Notes: a model not told the origin generated them from the letters alone. Positions 37,626 through 48,939 are shown, counted from the stretch's first letter. The stretch is 64,000 nucleotides of DNA from an uncultured Bacteroidota bacterium (GCA_903926385.1 CAIYIS010000061.1:14864-78863), one strand, 5' to 3'. Program-made: numbers and translations.

Positions 37626-38405
37626 ATGAAACACAAAAGATATTTTTTACAATTATCCTATAATGGAACAGCCTATAGTGGATGGCAGATTCAAAGGAAT
37701 TCTCCTACCACCATTCAACAAGTGTTGAATGAAATGCTTTCCAGATTGCTAAATCAAGCGATTACTGTAATGGGATGCGGACGAACAGATACAGGTGTTC
37801 ATGCGAGAGAGTATTTTGCTCATTTCGATACATCTGTTGAAGATTTGATAGAAAATCAGAATCACTGGATTTTGAAATTCAATCATGCATTACCCAAAGA
37901 TATTGCCGTTCAAAAAATTATTAAGGTAAATGAAAAAGCGAATGCCAGATTTGATGCTGTAAGCCGCACCTATGAGTATATCATTACCAAAAAGAAAAAC
38001 CCTTTCGAAATTGACAAGGCAACTTTTCTTTATGGGCAATTAAATATAGATGCGATGAATCAGGCCGCTCAACTCTTATTCGAGTATTCAGATTTTTCGG
38101 CTTTCGCAAAAAGCAATACTCAAAACAAAACAAACCTTTGTAATCTTTACAAAGCTGAATGGAGAGAAGAAAACGATTTATTAATTTTCACTATCTCTGC
38201 TAATCGTTTTTTAAGAGATATGGTTAGAGCCATAGTAGGAACCATGTTAAAAGTAGGAACAAGTAAAATTACTTTGGAAGAATTTAGAAAAGTGATAGAA
38301 AGTAAAACACGATCCAATGCAGGGCTATCAGTTCCTGCCTGCGGATTATATTTAATAAAAATAGAATACCCAGATTCGGTTTTTGTGCTATTAAATGATT
38401 TTTAA
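37626..38405 (+). CDS. truA: tRNA pseudouridine(38-40) synthase
   Basis: YNGTAYSGWQ, GRTDTGVHA, ARFDA, RFLRDMVRAIVG, GLYL. Confidence 0.96.
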   Translation: MKHKRYFLQLSYNGTAYSGWQIQRNSPTTIQQVLNEMLSRLLNQAITVMGCGRTDTGVHAREYFAHFDTSVEDLIENQNHWILKFNHALPKDIAVQKIIKVNEKANARFDAVSRTYEYIITKKKNPFEIDKATFLYGQLNIDAMNQAAQLLFEYSDFSAFAKSNTQNKTNLCNLYKAEWREENDLLIFTISANRFLRDMVRAIVGTMLKVGTSKITLEEFRKVIESKTRSNAGLSVPACGLYLIKIEYPDSVFVLLNDF

Positions 38406-38434
38406 TTTTAACTGAAAGACCTGCAAATAAATAA

Positions 38435-40207
38435 ATGTCAAAAGAAAATAAAATTACTGGTAAAGCTGTTGACCTTGCCATATTGAAAAGAATAGTTTCG
38501 TATGCCAAAGCTTACAAGTTTAACTTTACCTTGGCTGTTTGCACCACTGTGGTATTTGCATTTATTTCACCCATTCGCCCCATTCTCGTTCAATATACCT
38601 TCGATGAATATGTAGCCAAACACAATCCGGGGATGTTGTTAAATATGACAATAGTTCTCGTTTTGCTTTTAATTCTCGAAGCGTTTATGCAATTTGCTGA
38701 CTCATTTCTTACCAATAGACTTGGACAAAATATTATAAAAGATTTGAGAGTTCAGTTATACAAACATATTACAAGTTTGCGTTTAAAATATTACGATAAC
38801 ACACCAATTGGAACACTTGTTACCAGAGCGGTTTCCGACATTGAAGTGGTTGCAGACATGTTCTCTGACGGTTTGATCTCTATTATTGGTGATTTACTCA
38901 AACTATTTGTAATACTTGCTGTGATGTTGTTTCTAAATTGTCAACTTACATTGATAATTTTAATTCCTATTCCATTTTTATTAGTGGCAACATGGCTGTT
39001 TAAAAAAGCTGTTGCCGCTTCATTTCAAGATGTACGTACTCAGGTGGCACGTCTGAATGCCTTTGTTCAAGAACATATAACAGGAATGAACATCGTTCAG
39101 ATTTTTAATCGAGAAAAAGCAGAGAGCATCAAATTCGATGCGATTAATACCAAACATCGTGATGCAAACATACGTTCTATTAAGGCGTACTCCATATTTT
39201 TCCCAGTGGTAGAAATTCTATCTTCTGCATCATTGGGATTACTTGTTTGGTGGGGTGGCCGCGAAATATTACAAAAAATAACAACCATGGGACAATTGGT
39301 TGAATTCATAATGTTTCTCAATATGATGTTCCGACCTATTCGTCAATTAGCCGACCGTTTTAACACCTTACAAATGGGAATGGTTTCTTCGGATCGCGTT
39401 TTTAAAGTTTTAGATACAAATGAAATTATTGAAAACAAAGGGAAGACACCAGCCTCCAATATTAATGGTGCTGTAGAAATTAAAAATCTTTGGTTTGCAT
39501 ACAATGAAGAGGACTGGGTGTTAAAAAATATTTCATTTAGTGTAAAACAAGGCGAAACAGTAGCTTTAGTTGGTGCTACAGGTGCCGGGAAATCTTCAAT
39601 TATTAATTTATTGAATCGCTTTTACGAATATAACAAAGGCGATATTACAATAGATGGTATTAATGTTAGAGATTACGAATTAACATCACTCAGAAAAAAC
39701 ATTGGAGTAGTTTTACAGGATGTATTCCTGTTTTCTGACACACTTGCTAATAATATTTCTTTAAACAATCCCGAAATAACAAGAGAAATGATTATCGAAG
39801 CTGCCAAAACTGTAGGTGCTCACGATTTCATTTCAAAGCTCCCTAATGGATATGAATACAACGCTATGGAAAGAGGAGCTATGTTATCGGTTGGGCAACG
39901 CCAATTAATATCATTCATCAGAGCTTATGTTTATAACCCCAGAATTCTTGTTCTTGATGAAGCAACCTCTTCAATTGATACGGAGTCTGAAAAATTAATT
40001 CAAAATGCCATTGATATCATCACTAAAAACAGGACCTCAATTATAATCGCACACCGACTTGCTACCATTCAAAAAGCTGATAAAATAATTGTAATGGAGA
40101 AAGGAGAAATTATTGAAGTGGGAAGTCATCAGGAATTATTGAAACAAAATGGCCAATACAAGAGATTATTTGAACTTCAATTTAAGGAAGAGGTAGCGGT
40201 TGGTTAA
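38435..40207 (+). CDS. ABC transporter, fused permease/ATPase (MdlB/MsbA-like exporter)
   Basis: TM domain plus GATGAGKS, LSVGQRQ, LDEATS, IAHRL. Confidence 0.95.
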   Translation: MSKENKITGKAVDLAILKRIVSYAKAYKFNFTLAVCTTVVFAFISPIRPILVQYTFDEYVAKHNPGMLLNMTIVLVLLLILEAFMQFADSFLTNRLGQNIIKDLRVQLYKHITSLRLKYYDNTPIGTLVTRAVSDIEVVADMFSDGLISIIGDLLKLFVILAVMLFLNCQLTLIILIPIPFLLVATWLFKKAVAASFQDVRTQVARLNAFVQEHITGMNIVQIFNREKAESIKFDAINTKHRDANIRSIKAYSIFFPVVEILSSASLGLLVWWGGREILQKITTMGQLVEFIMFLNMMFRPIRQLADRFNTLQMGMVSSDRVFKVLDTNEIIENKGKTPASNINGAVEIKNLWFAYNEEDWVLKNISFSVKQGETVALVGATGAGKSSIINLLNRFYEYNKGDITIDGINVRDYELTSLRKNIGVVLQDVFLFSDTLANNISLNNPEITREMIIEAAKTVGAHDFISKLPNGYEYNAMERGAMLSVGQRQLISFIRAYVYNPRILVLDEATSSIDTESEKLIQNAIDIITKNRTSIIIAHRLATIQKADKIIVMEKGEIIEVGSHQELLKQNGQYKRLFELQFKEEVAVG

Positions 40208-40251
40208 TGTGGTGAAAACAATTCCATACATTTTTTACCATTTTAGTTTTT

Positions 40252-43155
40252 TCAAATCTTTCCTTTCAAATATTGACCTGTATAAGAAGCCTTGCATTTA
40301 ACCAAGTCTTCCGGAGTGCCTTCAAAAACTATATTCCCTCCTTTATTTCCTCCTTCAGGGCCAAGGTCTATTATCCAGTCTGCACATTTAATAATTTCAG
40401 CATTATGTTCAATTACTATCAGCGAATGACCTTGTTTTACTAATTCATTAAATGCATATAATAATTTTGATATATCATGAAAATGCAATCCTGTCGTGGG
40501 TTCATCAAATATAAACAAAGTGGCATCACTGCTGTTCTGTCCTATTCCTAAAAACGAAGCGAGCTTTATCCTTTGCGCTTCTCCACCACTCAGTGTGCTT
40601 GACGACTGTCCGAGATGAACATAACCCAATCCTACGTCAGATAAGGGTTTTAATTTTTGTATTAGTTTTTTCTCCGTGTGAGTTGAATCTTCTGTTGTCG
40701 AAAAAAATGCAATTGCATCATCCACGGTCATGTCTAGTACATCAGAAATTGTTTTTTCGTTGAACAATATTTCCAGTATCTCCTGCTTAAATCGTTTCCC
40801 GTTGCAGGCCTCACACACCAAATGAATATCGGCCATAAACTGCATTTCTATCTGAACTTCTCCTTCTCCTTCACACACCTCACATCGTCCTCCGTCCACA
40901 TTAAACGAAAAATGTGAGGGCTTGTATCCTCTGTGTTTCGCCAGTGTTTGGTCTGCAAACAATGCTCTTATTTCATCGTATGCTTTCACATACGTTACTG
41001 GGTTCGAACGTGTCGATTTTCCAATCGGATTCTGATCTATCATTTCCACAGCCTTCACACTATTGTAGTGTCCTGTCAGCTTATCAAAACTTCCCGACTG
41101 CTCATTCGTTCCCCCATGAATTTTTTTCAATGCCGGATAAAGTACCCGTTTAACAAGCGATGTCTTACCGCTACCCGATACTCCCGTTACCACCGTTATT
41201 GTATTTAGTGGAAACTTTACAACAAATCCCTTGAGGTTATTTTGTCTTACTCCTTCCAGTTGTATATAATGATTCCAGTTTCTGCGAATCTTCGGCACCT
41301 CTATCTTTTCCTTACCGGTTAGATAGAGTGCTGTTAAACTTCTTTTTTCCGTTGCTAGTTTTTTATGATCGCCCTGAAACACCAATTCTCCTCCGTGTGT
41401 ACCTGCTAGAGGCCCTATATCTATTATTTGGTCTGCTGCACGCATTATTTCTTCATCATGCTCCACCACTATCACCGTGTTTCCAATATCTCTCAGTGTA
41501 TACAATACCTTTATCAGTTGCGAAGTGTCTCTCGAATGCAGCCCTATACTTGGCTCATCCAAAATATACATCGAACCCACCAAACTACTTCCCAAAGATG
41601 TTGCAAGATTTATGCGTTGCGATTCACCGCCCGACAATGTGTTCGACAATCTGTTTAATGTCAAATAACCCAACCCTACCTCATTTAAAAACCTCAGTCG
41701 GTTTGTTATCTCTATCAATATTCGTTTTGCTACTTCCGTTTCATATTTGGTCAGTTCAATATTTTTGAAAAATAAATACGATTCACTAACCGGCATCAAT
41801 ACGATATCGTTTATAGATTTCTCTCCCACTTTTACATACGAAGCATCTTTCCTCAAGCGCGTGCCATTGCATTCAGGGCATATCGTTTTTCCTCTATACC
41901 TCGACAACATCACTCTGTATTGAATTTTGTATGCCTGAGTTTCCAGATGTTTGAAAAAAGCATTTAATCCCGAAAAATATTTATTTCCCGACCATAACAA
42001 ACGCTTTTCTTTTTCCGTCAAATCATAATATGGTCGATGAATTGGAAAGTCAAATTTATGCGAATTATTTACTAGCATATTTTTCCATTCTTCCATTTTA
42101 TCTCCCTTCCAACACACAATCGCATCTTCAAACACCGATAAGTTTTTATTCGGCACCACCAGGTCTTCGTCCACACCAATCACGGAACCAAATCCCTCGC
42201 AGCTTTTACACGCTCCAATCGGGTTATTAAAACTGAAAAAGTGAGTAGTAGGTTCTTCAAACTTCATCCCATCTAGTTCAAATCGGTTCGAAAACTCTCT
42301 AGAACCTCTGTTTTTCTCCGGTTGTTCTTCCTTACTTTTCTTTTTCCCTCCCTTTTTTACTTCCGTGTCCAAGTTAGTATTCCCCTCATTTGATTGTTCC
42401 ATCACTTCTATCAAACATTCACCTTCTCCTTCAAAAAATGCTGTTTGCACCGAGTCCGATATTCTATTCTCATTATCCTCATCTTCCTTCCTCACCACAA
42501 GCCTGTCCACCACAATGTATAATCCCTCTTCCTCCGTTATCTCCTCCAGCATAAATTCATCTATTTTATGCACCATATCTCCTTGCTTCACTCTCGTAAA
42601 TCCTTGTTGCGACAATAACTCCAACTGCCTCTGCCATGTCTTATCTCCATGCTTTTTTATTCTTGCAAGCACCATAAACTTGCTCCCCTCTTCCAATCCG
42701 TTCACATATTCCACCACATCCTCCACAGTATCTCGTCTCACTCTGTTCCCCGATTTCGGTGAAATAGTTTTACCCACACGTGCGTACAACAATTTCAGAT
42801 AATCATATATCTCTGTTGATGTTCCCACTGTCGAACGTGGATTCCGAGAGTTTACCTTTTGTTCTATCGCTATCGCAGGCGAAATCCCCTTTATATAATC
42901 CACATCCGGTTTGTCTATCCTGCCCAAAAATTGTCGTGCGTATGACGATAAACTCTCCACATATCTCCTCTGCCCCTCCGCATATATTGTATCAAATGCC
43001 AATGACGATTTCCCCGAACCCGAAAGTCCCGTTATTACCACCAGTTCATTTCGCGGAATCGCCACATCTATATTTTTCAGATTATGTACCCGCGCTCCTT
43101 TTATTAGTATAAAATCCTGCGGACTCAATTCTTCTATTTTTTTCGTCTTTGCCAT
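40252..43155 (-). CDS. uvrA: Excinuclease ABC subunit A
   Basis: [34 protein letters not shown], zinc fingers, LSGGEAQR. Confidence 0.97.
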   Translation of the reverse strand: MAKTKKIEELSPQDFILIKGARVHNLKNIDVAIPRNELVVITGLSGSGKSSLAFDTIYAEGQRRYVESLSSYARQFLGRIDKPDVDYIKGISPAIAIEQKVNSRNPRSTVGTSTEIYDYLKLLYARVGKTISPKSGNRVRRDTVEDVVEYVNGLEEGSKFMVLARIKKHGDKTWQRQLELLSQQGFTRVKQGDMVHKIDEFMLEEITEEEGLYIVVDRLVVRKEDEDNENRISDSVQTAFFEGEGECLIEVMEQSNEGNTNLDTEVKKGGKKKSKEEQPEKNRGSREFSNRFELDGMKFEEPTTHFFSFNNPIGACKSCEGFGSVIGVDEDLVVPNKNLSVFEDAIVCWKGDKMEEWKNMLVNNSHKFDFPIHRPYYDLTEKEKRLLWSGNKYFSGLNAFFKHLETQAYKIQYRVMLSRYRGKTICPECNGTRLRKDASYVKVGEKSINDIVLMPVSESYLFFKNIELTKYETEVAKRILIEITNRLRFLNEVGLGYLTLNRLSNTLSGGESQRINLATSLGSSLVGSMYILDEPSIGLHSRDTSQLIKVLYTLRDIGNTVIVVEHDEEIMRAADQIIDIGPLAGTHGGELVFQGDHKKLATEKRSLTALYLTGKEKIEVPKIRRNWNHYIQLEGVRQNNLKGFVVKFPLNTITVVTGVSGSGKTSLVKRVLYPALKKIHGGTNEQSGSFDKLTGHYNSVKAVEMIDQNPIGKSTRSNPVTYVKAYDEIRALFADQTLAKHRGYKPSHFSFNVDGGRCEVCEGEGEVQIEMQFMADIHLVCEACNGKRFKQEILEILFNEKTISDVLDMTVDDAIAFFSTTEDSTHTEKKLIQKLKPLSDVGLGYVHLGQSSSTLSGGEAQRIKLASFLGIGQNSSDATLFIFDEPTTGLHFHDISKLLYAFNELVKQGHSLIVIEHNAEIIKCADWIIDLGPEGGNKGGNIVFEGTPEDLVKCKASYTGQYLKGKI

Positions 43156-43320
43156 TTGCTCAATTAAAAGTTCGTAAAATTACTTAAATAACACCATAAT
43201 CATCCCTTTTCTTTTTTCTCAGTTTCTTCCATATCTATTCAACTTCTAACACGCCAACGTTCGATTATTTTGGTCAAATTTCTGCCAAAATTGGTAAAAC
43301 ATGACAAACTGACCACTTTT

Positions 43321-43508
43321 TCCTTAATTCCTTTTCTCGGTTCTCTAATTCCCTTCCTCGCGTCCCCAATTCCCTTACTCCGGTCTCCAATCACCCTCCT
43401 CCGCTCCCTTATTCCCTCCCTCAATTCCCCAGGGATATCCTCTGGTCTCTAATTCCTCCCCTCTACTCCTTATTTCCTTTCCTCCATACCCTAATCCCTC
43501 TCCTCCGA
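43321..43508. repeat. Degenerate pyrimidine-rich 21-bp tandem repeats (about 9 units, TCYYWAATTCCYTYCTCNNN-like)
   Basis: Units start at 43321, 43342, 43363, 43384, 43405, 43426, 43446, 43467 and 43488. Confidence 0.75.
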
Positions 43509-43570
43509 TGTATAATCACCATATTTCAACCATCATTTACTATAAGATTTTTGTCCGGAAATGGCAAATG

Positions 43571-43675
43571 TTCTCCAATTACCACCCTTTACTCTTCAAT
43601 TATCACCCTTCACTCTCCAATTATCACCTTTTACTCCTCAATCATCACCCTTTGTCCTTCCAAACTACCCCATTT
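43571..43675. repeat. Second 21-bp repeat block (CTCTCCAATTATCACCCTTTA-like, 4-5 units)
   Basis: Units at 43571, 43592, 43613 and 43634, degenerate at 43655. Confidence 0.8.
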
Positions 43676-43717
43676 CCCGGAATAGATTTCCCTTTTCTCT
43701 TTATTTATCCATTTCAT

Positions 43718-43753
43718 AAAAAAAGAGGAACGACTTAAAGTCATCCCTCTTTT
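43718..43753 (-). terminator. Intrinsic terminator of rny
   Basis: Minus strand AAAAGAGGGATGACT-TTA-AGTCGTTCCTCTTTTTTT; the G-U pairs work only on the minus strand. Confidence 0.85.
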
Positions 43754-43776
43754 ACAATTCAATTCAAAAAAACTAC

Positions 43777-45318
43777 TTACTTCGCAAAGTTCACAGCTCT
43801 CGTTTCTCTAATTACAGTTACTTTCACCTGTCCCGGATAAGTCATTTCTGTCTGTATTCGTTGAGAAATGTCAAATGATAGTGTTTCCGCATCCTTATCA
43901 GTTACTTTATCCGAAGATACCAACACTCTCAACTCTCTTCCTGCCTGAATAGCGTATGTTTTCTCCACTCCCGGGTATGATAAAGCTAATGCTTCCAAAT
44001 CTTTTAGTCGTTTAATGTATTGTTCCACCACTTCTCGTCTTGCACCTGGTCTTGCACCGCTTATTGCATCGCAAACCTGTACAATCGGGGCTATCAATGT
44101 GGTCATTTCTATCTCGTCATGGTGAGCTCCAATGGCGTTACAAACTTCTGGTTTCTCCTTATATTTTTCTGCCAATTGCATACCCAAAATAGCATGTGGA
44201 ATTTCCGGTTGATCATCTGGAACTTTACCTATATCGTGAAGTAAACCGGCACGTTTTGCTACTTTTACATTCAACCCAAGTTCTGCTGCCATGGTAGCAC
44301 ACAGATTAGCTACTTCTCTCGAGTGTTGAAGCAAGTTTTGTCCGTATGAAGACCTGTATTTCATTCTTCCTACCATTCTAATCAGTTCAGGATGGAGTCC
44401 ATGTATGCCTAAGTCAATAGTGGTTCGTTTTCCAATCTCCACTATCTCGTCTTCTATCTGTTTTTTTACCTTTTCCACCACTTCTTCAATACGAGCTGGG
44501 TGAATCCTTCCGTCCGTTACAAGCTGGTGTAATGCCAAACGAGCTATTTCTCTTCTCACAGGGTCGAAACCAGATAATATAATCGCTTCTGGGGTATCAT
44601 CCACAATAATTTCTATTCCTGTGGCTGCTTCCAAAGCACGAATATTTCGTCCTTCTCTTCCTATCACACGTCCTTTTATCTCATCATTTTCAATATGAAA
44701 AATGGACACGGAGTTTTCGATGGCATGTTCAGTAGCCACCCGTTGGATGGTTTGAATAACCACTTTTTTAGCCTCCATATTAGCCGATATCTTGGCCTCT
44801 TCCACTATGTCTTTTATCATCGACATGGCACCTGTTTTAGCTTCTGCCTTCAGCGATTCCATCAATTGGGCTTTTGCTTCTTCGGCTTTCAGTCCGCTTA
44901 ATGTCTCCAATTGTTCCACCTGTCTGCGGTGAAATTTATCTACCTCCTGTTGTTTGGAGTTTACCAGTTCCAACTGATGAGTCAGGTTTTGTCTCAAGGT
45001 GTCCAGTTCCACATCTTTTCGTTGAACATGTTCCTGTTTTTGCGAAAGACTCTGTTCTTTCTGCTTAAGTCTGTTTTCTGACTGCAGTAAAGCCTGATTT
45101 TTTTCGGTAATTACTTTTTCGTGTTCCGTTTTTAGTTGCAAAAATTTCTCTTTTGCCTGAAGCATTTTGTCCTTCTTTATTACTTCTGCTTCGGCCTCTG
45201 CGTCTTTAATTATATTTTGAGCTTTACCTTCATTCGATTTTTTTATCATCAGATAGGCAACAAATGCTCCCAGACCAATCCCTACAAGGGCCGCTGCGGC
45301 AACCAGTATTACTTCCAT
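43777..45318 (-). CDS. rny: Ribonuclease Y
   Basis: N-terminal TM, coiled coil, KH ([13 protein letters not shown]), HD (LLHDIGK). Confidence 0.97.
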   Translation of the reverse strand: MEVILVAAAALVGIGLGAFVAYLMIKKSNEGKAQNIIKDAEAEAEVIKKDKMLQAKEKFLQLKTEHEKVITEKNQALLQSENRLKQKEQSLSQKQEHVQRKDVELDTLRQNLTHQLELVNSKQQEVDKFHRRQVEQLETLSGLKAEEAKAQLMESLKAEAKTGAMSMIKDIVEEAKISANMEAKKVVIQTIQRVATEHAIENSVSIFHIENDEIKGRVIGREGRNIRALEAATGIEIIVDDTPEAIILSGFDPVRREIARLALHQLVTDGRIHPARIEEVVEKVKKQIEDEIVEIGKRTTIDLGIHGLHPELIRMVGRMKYRSSYGQNLLQHSREVANLCATMAAELGLNVKVAKRAGLLHDIGKVPDDQPEIPHAILGMQLAEKYKEKPEVCNAIGAHHDEIEMTTLIAPIVQVCDAISGARPGARREVVEQYIKRLKDLEALALSYPGVEKTYAIQAGRELRVLVSSDKVTDKDAETLSFDISQRIQTEMTYPGQVKVTVIRETRAVNFAK

Positions 45319-45462
45319 AATTTTTCTAAATTGTTAAGTTGTTGTTATTAATTTTAATCCTCTTTCGTCTGTTTAGCGGTTGCCAAATTAAACTTAAAAG
45401 GTGCACTCAAAAAACTAATACAGGTAATTTTGTTTACAATGTTGTGTTCACAACATCAAAAC

Positions 45463-45756
45463 TTAGGCAGACGTGCTCTCTTTTTGAAGGTATTGGGAAA
45501 CAAATAGGTCGAGTTGGTTTATTTCTTTCTCCAGCTCAGGCGATTTTTTAGGTGTGTTTTGTTGCGCTACTAATAAATTTAATGCAGTCATTGCGAGTAA
45601 ATCTTGTTTGTCTCTCACTGCATAGTTTTGCTCCATTTCTTTCACTTTATCACTAATCATTTTAGCTGTATTTTGAACCAATTGTTCCTCTTCCTTTTTT
45701 ACGGTTAAGGGGTAGGTTCTGCCAGCAATTAAAACTTTTATTGATACTTCGGCCAT
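45463..45756 (-). CDS. zapA: Cell division protein ZapA
   Basis: IKVLIAGRTYPL...DKQDLLAMTAL; conserved position upstream of rny. Confidence 0.9.
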   Translation of the reverse strand: MAEVSIKVLIAGRTYPLTVKKEEEQLVQNTAKMISDKVKEMEQNYAVRDKQDLLAMTALNLLVAQQNTPKKSPELEKEINQLDLFVSQYLQKESTSA

Positions 45757-45848
45757 CTTATTTATCTCAGGTTTTTGGTTTTTTGTGCCGGGGAGCTCTA
45801 CTTTGCACTATATGTATTCTTCCCGATACGCGAACTGAAAACTTTTTT

Positions 45849-46133
45849 TTACTTCAAAAGAGTAATGCAATTGTCTATTTCCTGCACTAGCTCATTAATC
45901 TTTAATTTTGTTTCTGATATTACTTCTTTCTGTTCCTGATTATTTCTTTCTGCTAATTCCGCCTTTTCTTTTTCTAATTTCTCAATAATTGATTTTTGTT
46001 CTTCCAGAGTTTTACTTAACGTTGAATTTTCATTCAGGAGTTGTTCTTTCTCTTCTTTCAGTTGTTTGTGCAAACTAACCAAATGTTCTATTTTTGCTTT
46101 TAAGTTGGTAATCGTACCAGTCAATTCTTCCAT
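45849..46133 (-). CDS. ZapB-like coiled-coil protein
   Basis: All coiled coil, ending KINELVQEIDNCITLL; directly upstream of zapA; TATCTTTG promoter element at 46167-46174. Confidence 0.75.
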   Translation of the reverse strand: MEELTGTITNLKAKIEHLVSLHKQLKEEKEQLLNENSTLSKTLEEQKSIIEKLEKEKAELAERNNQEQKEVISETKLKINELVQEIDNCITLLK

Positions 46134-46258
46134 ATTTCTACCCGAAAATTCAAATATTATTTTTTACAAAGATAAGATTGAATTAATATAAAATCAAATT
46201 ATTTTTTTTATAAACTAAATTGCGACTAATATTAGCCGTTTTAAGACACTCTGAAGAT

Positions 46259-46504
46259 CTATTTTTTGATGACAATAGATAATTCCATTCCTCCACATTT
46301 AGGGCAATTTCCAGCTTTGTCAGATAATACTTCCGGATGCATTTCACATTGATAGAAGACTTCTCCATCTTTCAGTTTGGTAGTATCCAGATTAAATGTT
46401 TGTGTTGAATTTGTTTGCTCTCCGGTTGAGGTTGCATTTTTACATCCCACAACAGAAAGAGCAATTATAGCTGTTATCAATAATATTAGTTTTTTTATTC
46501 TCAT
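46259..46504 (-). CDS. Heavy-metal-binding domain lipoprotein
   Basis: Lipobox VVGC; YQCEMHPEV.SDKAGNCPKCGGMEL motif. Confidence 0.88.
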   Translation of the reverse strand: MRIKKLILLITAIIALSVVGCKNATSTGEQTNSTQTFNLDTTKLKDGEVFYQCEMHPEVLSDKAGNCPKCGGMELSIVIKK

Positions 46505-46564
46505 TTTTTAATGTGCTATTCGTGAATTATTTTGATTGAAAAATTAGTTGCAAATGTAGTTTAA

Positions 46565-46690
46565 TTATTTTATAACATTGAACATTTTATTATGGTTATT
46601 AACCCTCAGAAAATACATGCATTGAGCAAATATGGAATTAGATAAAATCAGGAATAATGAAGAAAGGCTTAAAGTGTAAATTTTTTTCAT
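46565..46690 (-). pseudogene. Possible remnant of a secreted-protein gene (signal peptide only)
   Basis: MKKIYTLSLSSLFLILSNSIFAQC is a typical Bacteroidota signal peptide plus Q, followed by a stop about 17 codons later. Confidence 0.35.
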
Positions 46691-46789
46691 ACTTAAATAA
46701 TTAACGTAAAAATAACGAAAATAAGTTGGATTGAATCCAAGGCAATGGCACAAAATTAGAAAAAATCTTATTCTTAAAATGAAAAAGAA

Positions 46790-47443
46790 CTATTCTATCA
46801 ACCCATTTTTGATGGCATACATTACCGCACCAATGATGTTTTTTGCTCCGGTTTTCTTGATAATGTTTTTTTTATGAGTTTCAACGGTGGTTGTGTCTAT
46901 GTGCAATTTTTCGGCTATATATAAATTGGTACATTCTTTACATACTAATTCAAAAACTTCAAGTTCCCTTTCCGTTAAGGTCACCTTTTCGAATTTTGGT
47001 TTAATTTTTTTTGTAATCATTAATTCTTTTACCAAAGCTCTCGGAACTTTATCATTAAAAAAGTATCCGTTTTCTTTAACAGAATAAATGGCGTCAACAA
47101 TGGTTTCAATGGTATTGTTCTTTAATAAAAACCCCCGAGCGCCCAATTCAATTAAGTGCAACATTATTTCTTCCGAATGATGATGAGTTAGGATTATAAC
47201 TTTGAGGTCGGGATGGTGTTTGGTAAGATAGGCCGTGGTTTCAACTCCGTCCATCTTTGGCATATCCACATCTAGCAATACAATATCAGGAACTTCAATC
47301 TTTAATTTTTCAATAAAATCCGATCCGTTTTCGGCTTCCATAAGTATTTTTATATCGCGAAATGATTTGAATAATGTTTTTAACCCCTTAATAAATATAC
47401 CGTGATCGTCAACTATTGCAATTTTTATTTGGACCATACCCAA
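46790..47443 (-). CDS. NarL/LuxR-family response regulator
   Basis: IVDDH, LLDVDMPKMDG, GFLLKN; HTH LTERELEV...TVETHKKNI. Confidence 0.95.
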   Translation of the reverse strand: MGMVQIKIAIVDDHGIFIKGLKTLFKSFRDIKILMEAENGSDFIEKLKIEVPDIVLLDVDMPKMDGVETTAYLTKHHPDLKVIILTHHHSEEIMLHLIELGARGFLLKNNTIETIVDAIYSVKENGYFFNDKVPRALVKELMITKKIKPKFEKVTLTERELEVFELVCKECTNLYIAEKLHIDTTTVETHKKNIIKKTGAKNIIGAVMYAIKNGLIE

Positions 47444-47456
47444 AATATCAAGTTTG

Positions 47457-48290
47457 TTAAAATGTTTTTAATTTGATTTGTGTTTCTTCTAATTCTGTTT
47501 CAGGAACCGAGATTTTAATTCGAGACGTAATTTTATCAGAACTATAATAAAGAGTAGCATTTAATGTTTGTACCCTGCTTTTAATACTTCTCAACCCTAT
47601 GCCATTTGCGGTATGCGAAAGGATTTCTGCTTTTTCATCTGTTAATCCATCGCTGTTGTATTCAAAGTAAATGTTTAGTACTTTGTCGTAATGAATGGTT
47701 AAATTTACCTGTGTGGCATCAGCATGTTTGATAATATTATTGAGTAGTTCTTTTGTAATTCGATACAACTGCAATTCGTTTTTTGGAGAAAATCGTTGGT
47801 TTTTTAAATTGTGAACATATTCAATTCGTTTTTGTCCTGAAGCATTGAGCATCGAGCAAAGTTCTTTCATGGCATACACAAAACCCAGGCGGATGAGAGC
47901 TGGTGGCATTAAATCGTATATTATGGTACGGCTGGTTTCTATGGTGTTTTCTAAAAGCTGTATCGACTCGTCCATAACTTCAGAAACCAAATCTTTGTCT
48001 TGCATATTGGCTTTCATTATTTCAAAATTTTTAGAAATAAAATTAAGATTAGCTCCAACATCATCGTGCAGATTTTTGGCTATTTTTTCGCGTTCTTTTT
48101 CGGTCACCAAAATTTCAGACTCCAACAATTTTTGACGATGCTGAAGGTTTAATAATTCCAGTTCGCTTTGCTTTACAGACATTCGTTTTTTGTGTGCAAT
48201 CACAAAAATGATTAATGCAGAAACCAGCAGAAGCATTCCCATGCAGCCCAATACTATAAAATAGGCTATATTTATTTTTTCAGTTTCCAA
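47457..48290 (-). CDS. Single-TM sensor histidine kinase (HisKA_3), no extracellular sensor domain
   Basis: One N-terminal TM; EREKIAKNLHDDVG; ELLNNIIKHA; GIGLRSI. Confidence 0.92.
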   Translation of the reverse strand: METEKINIAYFIVLGCMGMLLLVSALIIFVIAHKKRMSVKQSELELLNLQHRQKLLESEILVTEKEREKIAKNLHDDVGANLNFISKNFEIMKANMQDKDLVSEVMDESIQLLENTIETSRTIIYDLMPPALIRLGFVYAMKELCSMLNASGQKRIEYVHNLKNQRFSPKNELQLYRITKELLNNIIKHADATQVNLTIHYDKVLNIYFEYNSDGLTDEKAEILSHTANGIGLRSIKSRVQTLNATLYYSSDKITSRIKISVPETELEETQIKLKTF

Positions 48291-48916
48291 AATCCAATAC
48301 TTATAGGTATGTAGTAAATCATATTCATAAGAGGTAATATAATTGCAGCGTTTTTGCTTTCTTTGCAGGCCGCATCATATAAAAAACTGCTGAATAAAAA
48401 GTAGAATAAATTGCCGGAGTAATAAAACAGGAATGCACTATTTATTAAAAATAATGGATTGTTTACCATAGTGCCTTCTGAGGTTAGCATCAGTTGATAA
48501 AAAAGAATCACTGTGTAAATAATCATCAGTAAGGCTTCGAGTGAAAGCGCATAATCATTTATTTTTAAAGAAGAATGTACAATATAATCAAAAATGGCAA
48601 CAATAATATAAATAAGAAAACTTGCTACAATAAATACACGAGCACTTCGGTTTGTTATTACTTTATAATAAAAAAGGCTTAGTAGTGCAAATTCCAAAAA
48701 TGCACCTGTTCTTATAAATATAAGATTGTTCCATTTATGCAGAAAGTAATACATAGAAATTGTTTCAGCAAAGCAATAAAGGATAATTAGAAAGTAAATA
48801 AATTTTAACTGTGGGTGGTTGTATGCCTTGTTGATGCTTCCTGTAATAAGAGGAAAGATGAGGAACAACACAGCTCCATAAGTAAGAAGTTTAATCAGTT
48901 TTATTTCAATTTCCAT
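48272..48916 (-). CDS. Polytopic (6-7 TM) membrane protein, probable sensory partner of the kinase
   Basis: Almost entirely hydrophobic helices; its stop overlaps the kinase start by 19 nt. Confidence 0.8.
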   Translation of the reverse strand: MEIEIKLIKLLTYGAVLFLIFPLITGSINKAYNHPQLKFIYFLIILYCFAETISMYYFLHKWNNLIFIRTGAFLEFALLSLFYYKVITNRSARVFIVASFLIYIIVAIFDYIVHSSLKINDYALSLEALLMIIYTVILFYQLMLTSEGTMVNNPLFLINSAFLFYYSGNLFYFLFSSFLYDAACKESKNAAIILPLMNMIYYIPISIGFWKLKK

Positions 48917-48939
48917 TCCTGTTTCATTTGTTGAATAAA

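Noticed and set aside
43239-43738. Short ORFs between uvrA and rny
   Set aside because: Their 7-residue periodicity comes from the degenerate 21-bp repeats, and both strands are open.
45319-45462. 6S RNA expected from zapA-rny synteny
   Set aside because: The gap is only 144 nt and I could not fold it by eye into the long 6S rod; only a short palindrome (45439-45456) is visible. A cmsearch with the 6S and 6S-Flavo models would settle it.
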